Virus record (IMG/VR): IMGVR_UViG_3300043409_001505
Span: 1,422 to 65,421 of that record
Direction: 5' to 3' (one strand)
DNA length: 64,000 nucleotides
From: a virus
Taxonomy: Duplodnaviria; Caudoviricetes
The notes under the pieces are model-generated. The model did not search any database, had not been told where the DNA came from, and worked only from the letters and a program-made list of their open reading frames with translations. Positions 28,675 to 38,835 of the stretch are shown here, piece after piece. The translations under genes were made by a program, and so were the position numbers. How positions within the stretch are numbered: position 1 is the stretch's first letter; every line of letters begins with the position of its first letter.

Positions 28675-28880
28675 TGAATAAAATTCTAGAGTATGTTTTT
28701 GCTATTGATTTAGTAATGGAGGAACATAAAATAACTAATCCAATATTAATTTCTGAAAAAATTCAAGAAGATTTAGAAATGGATGTAACAATTCATCAAA
28801 TAATGGATCATTTAGAAATTAACCAAGAGAATTGGTTACAAGAATCTCAAAAAATAAATTATTATGAAAACAATTATTAA
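28674..28880 (+). CDS. Hypothetical protein
   Basis: Coupled ORF. Confidence 0.6.
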   Translation: MNKILEYVFAIDLVMEEHKITNPILISEKIQEDLEMDVTIHQIMDHLEINQENWLQESQKINYYENNY

Positions 28881-28892
28881 AAAATTATTAAA

Positions 28893-29246
28893 ATGACTAC
28901 AAAAATTAAAGAAATAAAAGACGGAATTATTTATTTTGAAAATGGATATAAATTATATTCTGATCACGATCAAGATTGTTGTGAAAATCATTTTTTAAGT
29001 TTTAATGATATTACTGAAAACGATTTTAAAGATTTAAATTTCAATTTAGACAATGATGAATTTTTTGATAGAATAGAAGATTATGGTATTGAATTAAAAT
29101 CTACAAATAATTTTCCATTAAGAATTCCTGGCTATGGTTATAACAATGGATATTATTCATCAAATTTAAAATTAGTTTTAGAAAAAAATAAAGGTGAAAA
29201 ACCAAGTATTTTTGATGTATCAGAATGTCAAACAATAAATGATTAA
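28893..29246 (+). CDS. Conserved phage hypothetical protein
   Basis: HDQDCCE and NNGYYS motifs. Confidence 0.7.
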   Translation: MTTKIKEIKDGIIYFENGYKLYSDHDQDCCENHFLSFNDITENDFKDLNFNLDNDEFFDRIEDYGIELKSTNNFPLRIPGYGYNNGYYSSNLKLVLEKNKGEKPSIFDVSECQTIND

Positions 29247-29248
29247 TT

Positions 29249-29440
29249 ATGAAAACTAAATTATGTCCATCTTGTGTAGGTTCTACACAAGTTATGATTC
29301 CTAAAACTAATGGTAGTAAAGGATTTGAATATATTGATTGTTCATTATGTAATGGTACAGGAGTTGTTTCTAAAGAATTAGAAGAGGGTTTTATTTTATC
29401 ATTAAACGAAGACTCATTAGAAACTAATGATGATTGGTAA
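29249..29440 (+). CDS. DnaJ-like Zn-finger small protein
   Basis: CPSCVG...CSLCNGTG. Confidence 0.65.
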   Translation: MKTKLCPSCVGSTQVMIPKTNGSKGFEYIDCSLCNGTGVVSKELEEGFILSLNEDSLETNDDW

Positions 29441-29506
29441 TGAAATATTTAGCGGTTGTTTTATATATTATTCTGATGATTAATATTAATTTAAATAAAA
29501 AAAAAT

Positions 29507-30331
29507 ATGAAAAACATACACATAATATTAACAGATAAACCAAGTAGGTTGTGGGAAGATGAGTTTGGTGTTTTAAGATACGGTAACGAATCTTTCTTTT
29601 ATGAAAGTGGATGTAAATGGAAAAACATCGTCATCACTTCTGATGAAAAAATTAAAAGAAGTGATCATGTTCTTTATTTAGAAGATAATTCGATAGGTAA
29701 AGTTAATTCATTAGAAGATGAATTAAATGAAGAAGGTGATTATTTAAAAAAAATCATCCTGACAACAGACCAGGACCTGATTGCCGATGGTGTACAAGCT
29801 ATTGACGATGCGTTTTTAGAGTGGTTTGTTCACAATCCAAGTTGTGAGGGGGTTGAGATTGATTTAGTAGCTGTGAATGAATTTGGTTCTCAAATAACAG
29901 TTAATAGTTATGGATTTGATAAGTTTATTTACAAAATAATCATTCCAAAAGAAGAACCTGAATTAATTTGCGAACATGATATAGTAACAAAATTTGGAGT
30001 AGCTGAATGTCAAAATTGTGGAATGGAAGAAAGTGAAATCTTAAAAGATAAACCTAAACAAGAAATCACAATTAATCAATTCCCTTCTGAATCCGTAGAA
30101 TTATTTAACAAGAGTAATAAGTCCCTAGGTCTGATAAATGAATGTCAACTTTTAGACATTCAATGCCAAATTGCAGAAAAACGATTAGAAGGCTATTATG
30201 TTAGGATGGGTGATTTAAAATGTGAAATAGACAGTTGTGGAGAGCTGAAAGATTGGGATGGAGTAACATTCTACAGGGAGTATGTATTACTTACAAAACT
30301 TAGAAGAATACAACAAAAACATGGAAAATAA
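29507..30331 (+). CDS. Hypothetical protein
   Basis: 274 aa; KKIILTTDQDLI.DGVQAIDD.FLEWF. Confidence 0.7.
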   Translation: MKNIHIILTDKPSRLWEDEFGVLRYGNESFFYESGCKWKNIVITSDEKIKRSDHVLYLEDNSIGKVNSLEDELNEEGDYLKKIILTTDQDLIADGVQAIDDAFLEWFVHNPSCEGVEIDLVAVNEFGSQITVNSYGFDKFIYKIIIPKEEPELICEHDIVTKFGVAECQNCGMEESEILKDKPKQEITINQFPSESVELFNKSNKSLGLINECQLLDIQCQIAEKRLEGYYVRMGDLKCEIDSCGELKDWDGVTFYREYVLLTKLRRIQQKHGK

Positions 30332-30641
30332 ATCAGTTATCTTTAAACCTTATGGAGAAAAGAGTACTATAGTAATAAAAGGAACTTTAACTGGTAAAGT
30401 TTACCAAGTTGGAGAACATTCCCACTACAAGACACATAAAGTTATAGAAGTGTTGAATGAAGATGGTCGAATAAATGATGCTTTTGAGGATGAGATATTT
30501 TTTGAAGATGATGAATTAGAATCTGATAAAATTTATACTGAAGAAGTTATGTTTAAATTAATGAATGAATACACAAACGATGTTCTTATGGGGGGTTGTA
30601 ATTTAAAAGCAAAGGAATGGTTTAACAAATTTAAAAAATAA
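30282..30641 (+). CDS. Hypothetical protein
   Basis: ORF; probable start at MENK. Confidence 0.6.
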   Translation: MYYLQNLEEYNKNMENKSVIFKPYGEKSTIVIKGTLTGKVYQVGEHSHYKTHKVIEVLNEDGRINDAFEDEIFFEDDELESDKIYTEEVMFKLMNEYTNDVLMGGCNLKAKEWFNKFKK

Positions 30642-30646
30642 ATGTA

Positions 30647-31228
30647 ATGAAAGCTTTCATATTAGATTTAAATTTTCTAGAAGAACAAAACATTAGTCCT
30701 GAAGAATTTTTAGTATTAATAGGTTTAAATAATAATTTAGATGTAGAACATTCTAAATCATGGTTCCCATCTCTTGAAGTTAAAGGTTTTATTAAAAGAA
30801 ATAATTCTGAAATCATTCTTCGTGAAAAGACTAAATTATTATTAAATTTTTTATCAATAGAAAGTGATTTAAGTCGCAAAGAGAAAAAAACTGTTAAAAA
30901 GGTAGATTATGATATAGTTGATGAATTTGACGAATTCATTGAAAAATATAGAAATATATGGAAAGGTTTGAAACCAGGTTCTTTAGGTTCTTATAGGACT
31001 TGTTATGATAAAATGAAAAGATGGATGATTGAAAATCCAAATTACTCAAAAGAGGATATTTTAAAAGCAGCAAGAATTTATATAAAATCTTTAGATAATT
31101 ATCAATATTTGCAACAAGCTGATTATTTTATATTTAAAAAAGATGGGAAGGATGAAAATTCAAGATTATCCGCTTTTATTGAAGAAAAAGAAGTTAATAA
31201 TACTGATTGGACCACTCACCTCAGTTAA
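30647..31228 (+). CDS. Putative replication initiator / helicase loader
   Basis: N-terminal wHTH-like part, C-terminal ILKAARIYI..YQYLQQADYFI..SRL domain; upstream of the helicase. Confidence 0.5.
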   Translation: MKAFILDLNFLEEQNISPEEFLVLIGLNNNLDVEHSKSWFPSLEVKGFIKRNNSEIILREKTKLLLNFLSIESDLSRKEKKTVKKVDYDIVDEFDEFIEKYRNIWKGLKPGSLGSYRTCYDKMKRWMIENPNYSKEDILKAARIYIKSLDNYQYLQQADYFIFKKDGKDENSRLSAFIEEKEVNNTDWTTHLS

Positions 31229-31242
31229 ATAATTAAAATATT

Positions 31243-31479
31243 ATGGGAAAATTATATGATAGATTACAAAAACAATTAAAAACTGAATATAAAAAAGATG
31301 CTGAAGATTGTCTTATAATTTATAATAAATTAAAAGAAATGCACAACGGATCTGTTTGGGATAGTAATTGGACACCATTAGTAGATACTGTATTTAAAGG
31401 GTTTCCTAGTGATGAAAGAAGATTTAAACCTACAGGAATTGGTAAAATTTTCTTAAACGGTTTAAATAATACAAAATGA
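31243..31479 (+). CDS. Hypothetical protein
   Basis: 78 aa ORF. Confidence 0.6.
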   Translation: MGKLYDRLQKQLKTEYKKDAEDCLIIYNKLKEMHNGSVWDSNWTPLVDTVFKGFPSDERRFKPTGIGKIFLNGLNNTK

Positions 31480-31661
31480 TTACTTTTTCTGAATTTGAAA
31501 AAACTTGTTATCATACACAATATAATATTGTATTACCTTTAGTTGATAGAATGAAAATTAATAAATTAAATTTTATGACTAGAGGTAAATTTGATAGTGA
31601 AAAGTTTAGAAGTAAATTAATGGAAATTTATGAAGAAAAATTTAAAAATGATGAAAAATGA
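31476..31661 (+). CDS. Hypothetical protein
   Basis: ATGA-coupled ORF. Confidence 0.55.
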   Translation: MITFSEFEKTCYHTQYNIVLPLVDRMKINKLNFMTRGKFDSEKFRSKLMEIYEEKFKNDEK

Positions 31662-32083
31662 TTTATATTAAAGAATCAGATGTTCCTATGACAGGAACTC
31701 GTAAGAACTTTATTAAAAAGTTTTTAACAGGTAAACGAATCCCATCGTATGAAGATTCAAACTTTACCATTATTCAATGTAGTGGTAAAGGTGAAAATGA
31801 AATTGGAGCTAGTCGTAGTGTTACAGAGTTATGGGAATTAACTAAATCTAGATTTCCTGCTACATCAATGAAAGCAATGGTTAAAATCTTATTTGAGTTA
31901 ATTGAAGAAGATAAATCAGTGATATTAGTATGGTGTGATAAAATTCAAAAAGTAGTTGTAAAATATGTCCCAAATACTTCTGCTGAATGGATTTCTAAAT
32001 ACAGTTTAAAGAATCATTATACTAAGAAAGGTGTAGATGGTTATAGTTTAGCTGATTATAACGAAATTAAAGATAAGTTGTAA
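31658..32083 (+). CDS. Hypothetical protein, paralog of 33262..33795
   Basis: Shared IYIK, FTxIQC...RS..(E/D) and C..xxK.V pattern. Confidence 0.7.
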   Translation: MIYIKESDVPMTGTRKNFIKKFLTGKRIPSYEDSNFTIIQCSGKGENEIGASRSVTELWELTKSRFPATSMKAMVKILFELIEEDKSVILVWCDKIQKVVVKYVPNTSAEWISKYSLKNHYTKKGVDGYSLADYNEIKDKL

Positions 32084-32646
32084 TGGAAAAAGAATTTGTA
32101 CCTTACGAACAAGCATTAGCTCTTAAAGAATTAGGATTTGATGAACTTTGTTTTGCTACTTATAATAGTAATAATAAAGTAAGTAGAAATCCAAGTCATA
32201 ATATGGAAGATTTACCAATAGAAGGACAACCTTATTATTGGAATAACTCTAAAATACATAAAAACACTGTTACAGCACCAACATTTTCACAAGCGTTTAG
32301 ATTTTTTAGAGAGAAGTGTGGATTACAAGCTGAGATTCTTTGGAGAGGTGATATGGGGTGTTTCTGCTATAAAACAGGTAAATTCAAATATGGCTCGCAT
32401 GATTTTTCAAAAGATGATTATGAAACTTACGAAGAAGCAGAACTTGAATGTCTTAAAAAATTAATAGAAATAGTAAAAAAAATAAATAAAATGTTTGATG
32501 ATACAATCTATATTCCTGGAAGTAAATGCTATGATAACTGGAGTTGGTGGTATGATTGTGAAGATATTAACAATAAAGTAGAAATTTTAAAAAAAAAAAG
32601 AAATAAAAATGAACGAATTGATTTGTGTAAATCCAAAGAATTATAA
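32083..32646 (+). CDS. Hypothetical protein, paralog of 43536..44060
   Basis: A..LKE.GF, APT.S, YEEA motifs. Confidence 0.7.
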   Translation: MEKEFVPYEQALALKELGFDELCFATYNSNNKVSRNPSHNMEDLPIEGQPYYWNNSKIHKNTVTAPTFSQAFRFFREKCGLQAEILWRGDMGCFCYKTGKFKYGSHDFSKDDYETYEEAELECLKKLIEIVKKINKMFDDTIYIPGSKCYDNWSWWYDCEDINNKVEILKKKRNKNERIDLCKSKEL

Positions 32647-33262
32647 ACTTACATTAGATAAAAAATATACAGTTATTATCGATGAAGGTGAAACAGTTAT
32701 GATTGTTAATGACAGTAATAAAACTGTTAGATATTATAAAGACTTATTTCAAGAAGTGGAGGAAGAAGTTATTCCTGAACCAGAGCCAATTATTGTTAGA
32801 ACTGAGCAGGATTTGATTGATAGTATTGCTACAGATAATTTAAACACAACTTACATTGATTTTAATAATCAAATTAGAATTGTTCATAATAAATTAAGTA
32901 TTCTGAATAACCCTAATGAGTTTAGCTGTGGAATTAAAAATGTTGTCAATATTAAATCTCAAGGGATTGAAATATGTAGAAATGTTGAGGTCGATGCAAA
33001 TAATATGGAAGAAGACTTACCATTATTAACTAAAGCGTTATTTAATCATCATATAAAATCATTTATAAGATCTAAATTAAATTCACATGCCGCAGGTCTG
33101 TACTTGTTGTCTTGTAATGTGACAGGGGATACTTGTTTATCAGAAGAAACTGTTGATATTTTAAATGAAATTTCAGATTTTAACACTCAACCTGAGTTGA
33201 ATCCTAATAGTGGTAATCAAATTAAATTATGGGGAATAGTTAAATCAAACTTAGATAATTAA
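32609..33262 (+). CDS. Hypothetical protein
   Basis: 217 aa; NPNSGNQI.LW C-terminus. Confidence 0.7.
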   Translation: MNELICVNPKNYKLTLDKKYTVIIDEGETVMIVNDSNKTVRYYKDLFQEVEEEVIPEPEPIIVRTEQDLIDSIATDNLNTTYIDFNNQIRIVHNKLSILNNPNEFSCGIKNVVNIKSQGIEICRNVEVDANNMEEDLPLLTKALFNHHIKSFIRSKLNSHAAGLYLLSCNVTGDTCLSEETVDILNEISDFNTQPELNPNSGNQIKLWGIVKSNLDN

Positions 33263-33795
33263 TGAAGATATACATAAAAGATGTTGTCAGGTTACCTAAA
33301 GATACACTATATTCTTTTTTACACCGAGTATTAAATATAGGAGATAATTTTCACGAAGCGATGCTTTGTCACAATACCTATTTTGATCCAGAATTTACAA
33401 AAATTCAATGTGAGGCTCATAAACGTCGAAGTTTTGATGACATCGTTGATATAAGTAAAACTTATTTCAAAACATCTGATAAACAGGTCAGTAAAACTAT
33501 ATTAAAGTTTTTAAAAGATGATAAAAATAATTTAATTTTTGTACTTTGTAATGCTGCAAAAAAATGGGTATTAAATTCAGATATTGATGCCAGTTATTTA
33601 AAATATTGTGCAACCTATAATAATTCATATACTAAAACTGACGTACGTCTTAATGGTAGGTTTTGTTTAGATGATATATTTAAATTAATGGAAATAGACA
33701 AGGAGTTCATTGTAGTCGATGATGACGAGGACTATGATGAGGATGATGATTGGGAAGATGACGAAGATGATGATGATAACGAAACTGATGATTAG
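33262..33795 (+). CDS. Hypothetical protein with acidic tail
   Basis: 177 aa, poly-D/E C-terminus. Confidence 0.7.
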   Translation: MKIYIKDVVRLPKDTLYSFLHRVLNIGDNFHEAMLCHNTYFDPEFTKIQCEAHKRRSFDDIVDISKTYFKTSDKQVSKTILKFLKDDKNNLIFVLCNAAKKWVLNSDIDASYLKYCATYNNSYTKTDVRLNGRFCLDDIFKLMEIDKEFIVVDDDEDYDEDDDWEDDEDDDDNETDD

Positions 33796-34446
33796 TGACT
33801 CAAGATGATAATAACAAACCTTCGTTATTCAATAGAGTATACGAAAGTATTGTAAATAGAAGAAATAGATTATTATCAGGCAAGGTGAATTGTATACCGT
33901 GGGGATTACCAAGGTTTGAAGAAAGTTCTCCAGGTGTTGAGCAAGGTAAATATTATCAAGTTACAGCTCAATCTAAAGCTGGTAAAACACAACTTACAGA
34001 TTGGTTGTTTGTATTTAATACAATTAAACAAATAGTTGATGATAATCTTGATGTAAGATTAAAAATATTTTACTTTACCTTAGAACTTTCTAAAGAAGAG
34101 AAAATGTTAGCTTGTTTTGCAAATATACTTTATATAAAAGAAGGTTTAAGAATTGCTCCAACAGATTTGAAATCTACACACGCTAAAAAAGTGTTAAGTC
34201 AAGAAGTTTTAGAAATTATAGCTAAATATCAAAAATATTTTGATAAAATTGAAGAAATTGTAGAATTTGTAGATGATATTAGACACGCAACAGGAATTTA
34301 TGATTTAGTTCGTAAATATGCTTTAGCTAATGGAACTGTTTACTATAGAGATATTGTGATTAAAGGTGAAATAACTAAAGTTGAAGATAGATATGAACCT
34401 AATGATCCTGAAGAATATGTTATGGTTATTATTGACCATATTGGCT
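33795..34446 (+). CDS. dnaB: DnaB-like replicative helicase, exon 1
   Basis: AQSKAGKT Walker A, YFTLE, VIIDH Walker B; the three exons splice to 1122 nt (373 aa). Confidence 0.85.
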
Positions 34447-34562
34447 TGGGAATCAGGCGTCTTAGTTAGAAATAACTATTATGATTATAGGGTAAAATCG
34501 GTGAAGACTAAGTTTTAACAAAAAATTAACATAAAAAATTAAGAATTAATAAAATAATTCAC

Positions 34563-34570
34563 TATCTTTG
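34563..34570 (+). promoter_or_regulatory. Intron-internal promoter -7 element
   Basis: TATCTTTG 29 nt upstream of the endonuclease ATG. Confidence 0.55.
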
Positions 34571-34598
34571 ATCTACATTAAATTAATATGTAGAGAAA

Positions 34599-35432
34599 AT
34601 GAAAAGAACAAGAGAAAATGTATTACAAATGTATAAAGAATATACAAATGGTAGTACAAGTCAAGAATTAGATAAAAAATATAAAACAAATGTTTATTAT
34701 TTATTTAAAAAACACAATTTAAAAAGTAGAACTACTTCTGAATCAGTATTGTTAAATCGAAAAAATAAAATTAATTTAAAATATAATTTTAGCAATATAA
34801 ATAATTCTGAAGAAGCTTATATTGTAGGTTTATTTTTAGCAGATGGTTATGTTGGTAAACATCAATTGGGTTTAAAATTAAAAAAATCAGATAAAGAAAT
34901 AGTAAATAAAATTAAAAATTATTTTTCTGAAGAAATTAAACTACAAGAAGATAATAATACTTTTGGTTTTGTAGTGTCTTCAATGAAAGCTTGTGAAAAT
35001 GCAATAAATTTAGGTATTTTAAGAAATAAAACAGATAAAGAAATGATAATTCCTGAAATGGAAGTTAAATACTATTCTGATTTCATTAGAGGATTTTTTG
35101 ATGGAGATGGTACAGTTTTTAAATGTAATAATAAATATTTAAAAAGTAATATTTGTTCTCCTAAAATAGAAATTCTAATTAAAATACAAGAAATTTTAAC
35201 AAATAATAATATATTTTCTACTATAAATAAAGAAAGTCGAATAGGTAAAACGTTTATTTTACCTCAAGGAAATTCTATAATTGGTACTATGGATATGTAT
35301 CGATTATATATTAGAAAAAAAGAAGATTTGAAAAGATTTTATTATTTTTTATATAATGATTGTGATTTTTTATTAAAAAGAAAAAAAGAAATTTTTGACA
35401 ATAATTTTGAAATGTTAACAAAGTTAAAATAA
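34599..35432 (+). CDS. LAGLIDADG homing endonuclease (intron 1)
   Basis: AYIVGLFLADG and FIRGFFDGDG motifs. Confidence 0.9.
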   Translation: MKRTRENVLQMYKEYTNGSTSQELDKKYKTNVYYLFKKHNLKSRTTSESVLLNRKNKINLKYNFSNINNSEEAYIVGLFLADGYVGKHQLGLKLKKSDKEIVNKIKNYFSEEIKLQEDNNTFGFVVSSMKACENAINLGILRNKTDKEMIIPEMEVKYYSDFIRGFFDGDGTVFKCNNKYLKSNICSPKIEILIKIQEILTNNNIFSTINKESRIGKTFILPQGNSIIGTMDMYRLYIRKKEDLKRFYYFLYNDCDFLLKRKKEIFDNNFEMLTKLK

Positions 35433-35622
35433 GTTAATACCGAGGTAAACACATAGACCGTGTGTCACCGTAGAGCGTAGGTGTTGAGAGTTATGGAATC
35501 AATAATACACCCAAGAGTATCCTACATCTGACTGTCTACGAGATAAAAGATGAAAATGTACGCCGAACTTATAAGAAATTATAAGAAGTAGAGGATAAAA
35601 AGCCACTACGATAACAAAAATG

Positions 35623-35843
35623 TGATCCAACCTCAGAAATTAAACGGTTCACAGCTATCTTTACACGAAAGTATTTCATTGCTATCTTCAGATTATTTAA
35701 TTAAACTTAGAAATAGATTTAATTATATACCTGTTGTAGTTATTCAACAAGCTATTGCTGGAGAAAACATCGAGCATAAAAAAGCAGGCGCTTTAAGACC
35801 TTCAGTAGCTAATCTTGGTGACAATAAATTGATAGCCAGAGAT
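35623..35843 (+). CDS. dnaB: DnaB-like helicase, exon 2
   Basis: PVVVIQQ and RPSVANLGDNKLIARD motifs. Confidence 0.85.
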
Positions 35844-37072
35844 TGACGAAAAATAATTTAAAAAGTTATAAAATAAACCAATAAAAATTTGCTTTTCTCG
35901 TAACAATAGCTTATCTTTACCAAAAAATTATATTTATGGTAATAGAAGAAAGAATCGCCAAATCACAAACATTGTATGATTTAGGTAAAAATGATGCTGA
36001 GATAGCAAGAGAATTGAATTGTAATAGTGAAACTATCAGACAATGGAGAATTAAAAATGATTATCCTAAAAATTTTAAATATTCTAATTTACACAAAATA
36101 AATGTAGAAATATTAAAAGAGTTAGTAGAAAATGGATTTAAAGATTCTGAAATTGCAAATATGCTAAAGGTAAGTGTAGACGGGGTTTATGCAAGTAGAT
36201 TAAGGAATAATATTCAAAGAGAACCTTTTAATATCGCTAAAAATATAGAAGCAACTGAAAGACAAAGAGCTGTGTTAATAGGATGTTTATTAGGGGACGG
36301 TTCTTTATTAAAAGGAAAAAATAGTATTAATCCAAGATTTAAATGTGAACACGGAGTTAAACAAAAAGAATACTGCTTTTATAAATATGAAATATTAAAG
36401 TCATTAAATATGAATTTTAAATATTGTAAAAGAAGTATACCCGATAAAAGAAATGGTATATTTTATGAAAGTTATTATATAGAAAGTTTAGCAAACCCGT
36501 ATTATTTAGAAATTTATAATAATTTATATTTTAATAAAACTAAGAAAATTACAGAATATATTTTAAAAGATTTCAACGAAGAATCATTAGCCATAATGTT
36601 TATGGACGACGGTTGTAAAATAAATAAAACAATAAGTATTGCAACAAATTGTTTTAGTAAAGAAGAGTTGATTTTATTTACTAGTTTTTTAAAATTTAAA
36701 TTTAATTTAAATTTTACTATAACTAAAACAAATACTATTTATTTAAAAACTGAAGACTTAAAAATATTTATTGCTATAACTTTTCCTTATTTACATGAGA
36801 GTATGTATTACAAAATTGGTTTACAAATAATATAAATTGCAGTCTCTTAACTGGGTTAAACGGGGAAACTCTAGAAGTAGACAATCCCGTACCAAGCTAT
36901 AATTTAAATGATTATAGAAGGTCGAACGACTAACGTATGAAACTATAGAAATATAGAATATAATTACGACACGAAATCCCAGCAGTACACGGTACTGAAG
37001 ATATAGTCTGAACTGTAGCTATATACAAAACTACAGAAATAAAGGATAAAGAGCCTTTATGATAACAAAAAG
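35844..37072 (+). mobile_element. Group I intron 2 in the helicase gene, ORF in the P1 loop
   Basis: AGAGAT|TG pairs with CAGTCTCT (36840-47) after the ORF; P10 TGCAAT/ATTGCA; P7 GACTA/TAGTC; terminal G; restores IARDCNMMIG. Confidence 0.85.
35936..36835 (+). CDS. LAGLIDADG homing endonuclease with N-terminal HTH repeats (intron 2)
   Basis: LIGCLLGDGSL and LAIMFMDDG; two D.EIA..L HTH repeats; TTTG-N20-TATCTTTA promoter upstream. Confidence 0.9.
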   Translation: MVIEERIAKSQTLYDLGKNDAEIARELNCNSETIRQWRIKNDYPKNFKYSNLHKINVEILKELVENGFKDSEIANMLKVSVDGVYASRLRNNIQREPFNIAKNIEATERQRAVLIGCLLGDGSLLKGKNSINPRFKCEHGVKQKEYCFYKYEILKSLNMNFKYCKRSIPDKRNGIFYESYYIESLANPYYLEIYNNLYFNKTKKITEYILKDFNEESLAIMFMDDGCKINKTISIATNCFSKEELILFTSFLKFKFNLNFTITKTNTIYLKTEDLKIFIAITFPYLHESMYYKIGLQII

Positions 37073-37321
37073 TGCAATATGATGATTGGAATTTTTAGTC
37101 CTTTCAAACACGAAATACCTGAATATTTAGGATATGATATTCAAAAATTTAAAGATAATATAAGATTTGTAGAAATTATCATATCTCGTGATGGAGGAGC
37201 TGGAACCATTTGTCCGTTATATTTTGATGGAGCTGTAAATTATTTTCGTGAGTTACCACTTCCTTCAGATACTGAATCAATAAAAAAAGTTTATGAATTT
37301 ATGAAAAATAATAAAAAATGA
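37073..37321 (+). CDS. dnaB: DnaB-like helicase, exon 3
   Basis: IGIFSP...IIISRDGG...LYFDG..YFRELP. Confidence 0.85.
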   Translation, partial: CNMMIGIFSPFKHEIPEYLGYDIQKFKDNIRFVEIIISRDGGAGTICPLYFDGAVNYFRELPLPSDTESIKKVYEFMKNNKK

Positions 37322-37902
37322 GAAGTTATGCTTGCCATTTTTACCATTTACAAAGTGGTAAATTAACTAAAAACGGTAATTATGCTTGTTGGGCAGGGTT
37401 AAACAGCGACGTGTATAAAGATGAGACCTCTAAAAATATAATTTTAGATATTAAAACTAAAAATTATATTTATATTGACCAATATATTGAACCTGAAATT
37501 ACAAATAAACAACGTGTAAGAATTATATATTTAATTAATAAAATTACACCTTGTAAATTTGTAACGATTAATAGTAAGATATACATAAGGTATAAGTTAT
37601 TAAAAAATCATTATTCAAATTTACTATTGCTCAACTTCATTAGAGTATTGTGGTATAGTAATAAATCTTTTAAAAACGATCAATTCTTTATAGATATTTG
37701 TAAACCTAAAACAAAAAGTTTAGATTATTTAGAATTTATGATGACTTGTGTCAAAAATAATGTTACTGACGAAAAATTTGGACATGGTGACCATAGCTTT
37801 ACATACCCGAAGATAATCCCCAAAACTAAAGAAATGTTGTATAAATATACTGGAAAGAGTATGCAAACATTTTTACAATGTAAAATAGAAGATGTAAAAT
37901 AA
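37318..37902 (+). CDS. Hypothetical protein
   Basis: 194 aa ORF. Confidence 0.7.
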   Translation: MRSYACHFYHLQSGKLTKNGNYACWAGLNSDVYKDETSKNIILDIKTKNYIYIDQYIEPEITNKQRVRIIYLINKITPCKFVTINSKIYIRYKLLKNHYSNLLLLNFIRVLWYSNKSFKNDQFFIDICKPKTKSLDYLEFMMTCVKNNVTDEKFGHGDHSFTYPKIIPKTKEMLYKYTGKSMQTFLQCKIEDVK

Positions 37903-37952
37903 AAAAATATCTAAAAATAATAAAAAATATCTAAAAATAATTTATATCTTTG
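37902..37952 (+). promoter_or_regulatory. Promoter with 19-bp tandem duplication
   Basis: AAAAAATATCTAAAAATAA twice, then TATCTTTG at 37945. Confidence 0.6.
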
Positions 37953-37979
37953 TTAATAATTAACAAATAAATAAATTAA

Positions 37980-38744
37980 ATGATAGAATTGCCAAGTTCA
38001 AAAATTAAAGCTACTAGAGTAAATCCTAAAAAATTAATATTATTCAGTAAGCCTAAAGTCGGTAAAACAGAAATGTTGAGTGCTTTAGATAACTGCTTAC
38101 TTATTGATTTAGAAAATGGTTCTGAATTTGTAAATGCAATGAAAATTAATGTCCTTGATATTGCAAAACAAAACGAAATTTCACCAATTGCGGCTTTAAA
38201 AGAAGTAATTTCAAAAATTAAATCTGCAAATAAAGAAGCTGGTAAATTTGTTTACAAATATGGAGCTATTGATACAGTTACAGCATTAGAAGACCACGTA
38301 TTATTACTAGCTAATAAATTATATATTCAGACTCCACAAGGTCGTAATTGGCAAGGAGATGATGTTACAACTCTTCCAAATGGTGCAGGTTATCAATATA
38401 CTCGAAAAGCTTTATGGATTGTTTTAGAAGAGTTAGAAGAATGTTTTGAAACACTAATTATTTTAGGACATTTAAAAGACAAATTTGTAGAGAAAGAAGG
38501 TAAAGAAATGACAGAAAGAGGTTTAGATCTGATAGGTAAATCTGCAGCAATTCTCTGTTCACAAGTCGATGCAATTGGATATGTTTATCGAGAAGATAAT
38601 AAAACAATTGTTAATTTTCAACCTTCAGATTCACTTATTTGTGGAAGTAGAAGTGAACATTTAAAAGATCAAAAAATTACAGTTATCGAATCAGATGAAA
38701 AAGGTAAATTAACTATTGATTGGAGTAAGATTTTTATAGAATAA
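37980..38744 (+). CDS. AAA-domain ATPase (AAA_24 / Sak4-like recombination ATPase)
   Basis: SKPKVGKT, DLENGS, IDTVT, LPNGAGY, GHLKD. Confidence 0.8.
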   Translation: MIELPSSKIKATRVNPKKLILFSKPKVGKTEMLSALDNCLLIDLENGSEFVNAMKINVLDIAKQNEISPIAALKEVISKIKSANKEAGKFVYKYGAIDTVTALEDHVLLLANKLYIQTPQGRNWQGDDVTTLPNGAGYQYTRKALWIVLEELEECFETLIILGHLKDKFVEKEGKEMTERGLDLIGKSAAILCSQVDAIGYVYREDNKTIVNFQPSDSLICGSRSEHLKDQKITVIESDEKGKLTIDWSKIFIE

Positions 38745-38835
38745 TAAAACTTTATTAAAAAATAGAGTTTTATAAGTTTCTCTAGTAAAAAACTTATATA
38801 CAAGCCAATAAATTAATAAATAAAAGAAAAAGAAG

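Larger units (their letters stand above)
34447..35622 (+). mobile_element. Group I intron 1 in the helicase gene
   Basis: P1 GCT|TG..CAGGC with U.G at the splice site, P10 TGAT/ATCA, P7 GCGTA/TACGC, terminal G; splicing restores DHIGLIQPQ. Confidence 0.85.

Noticed and set aside
32460-32646. Programmed fusion at the end of 32083..32646
   Set aside because: More simply a lost stop in an A-run joining a small downstream ORF; no stimulatory structure seen.
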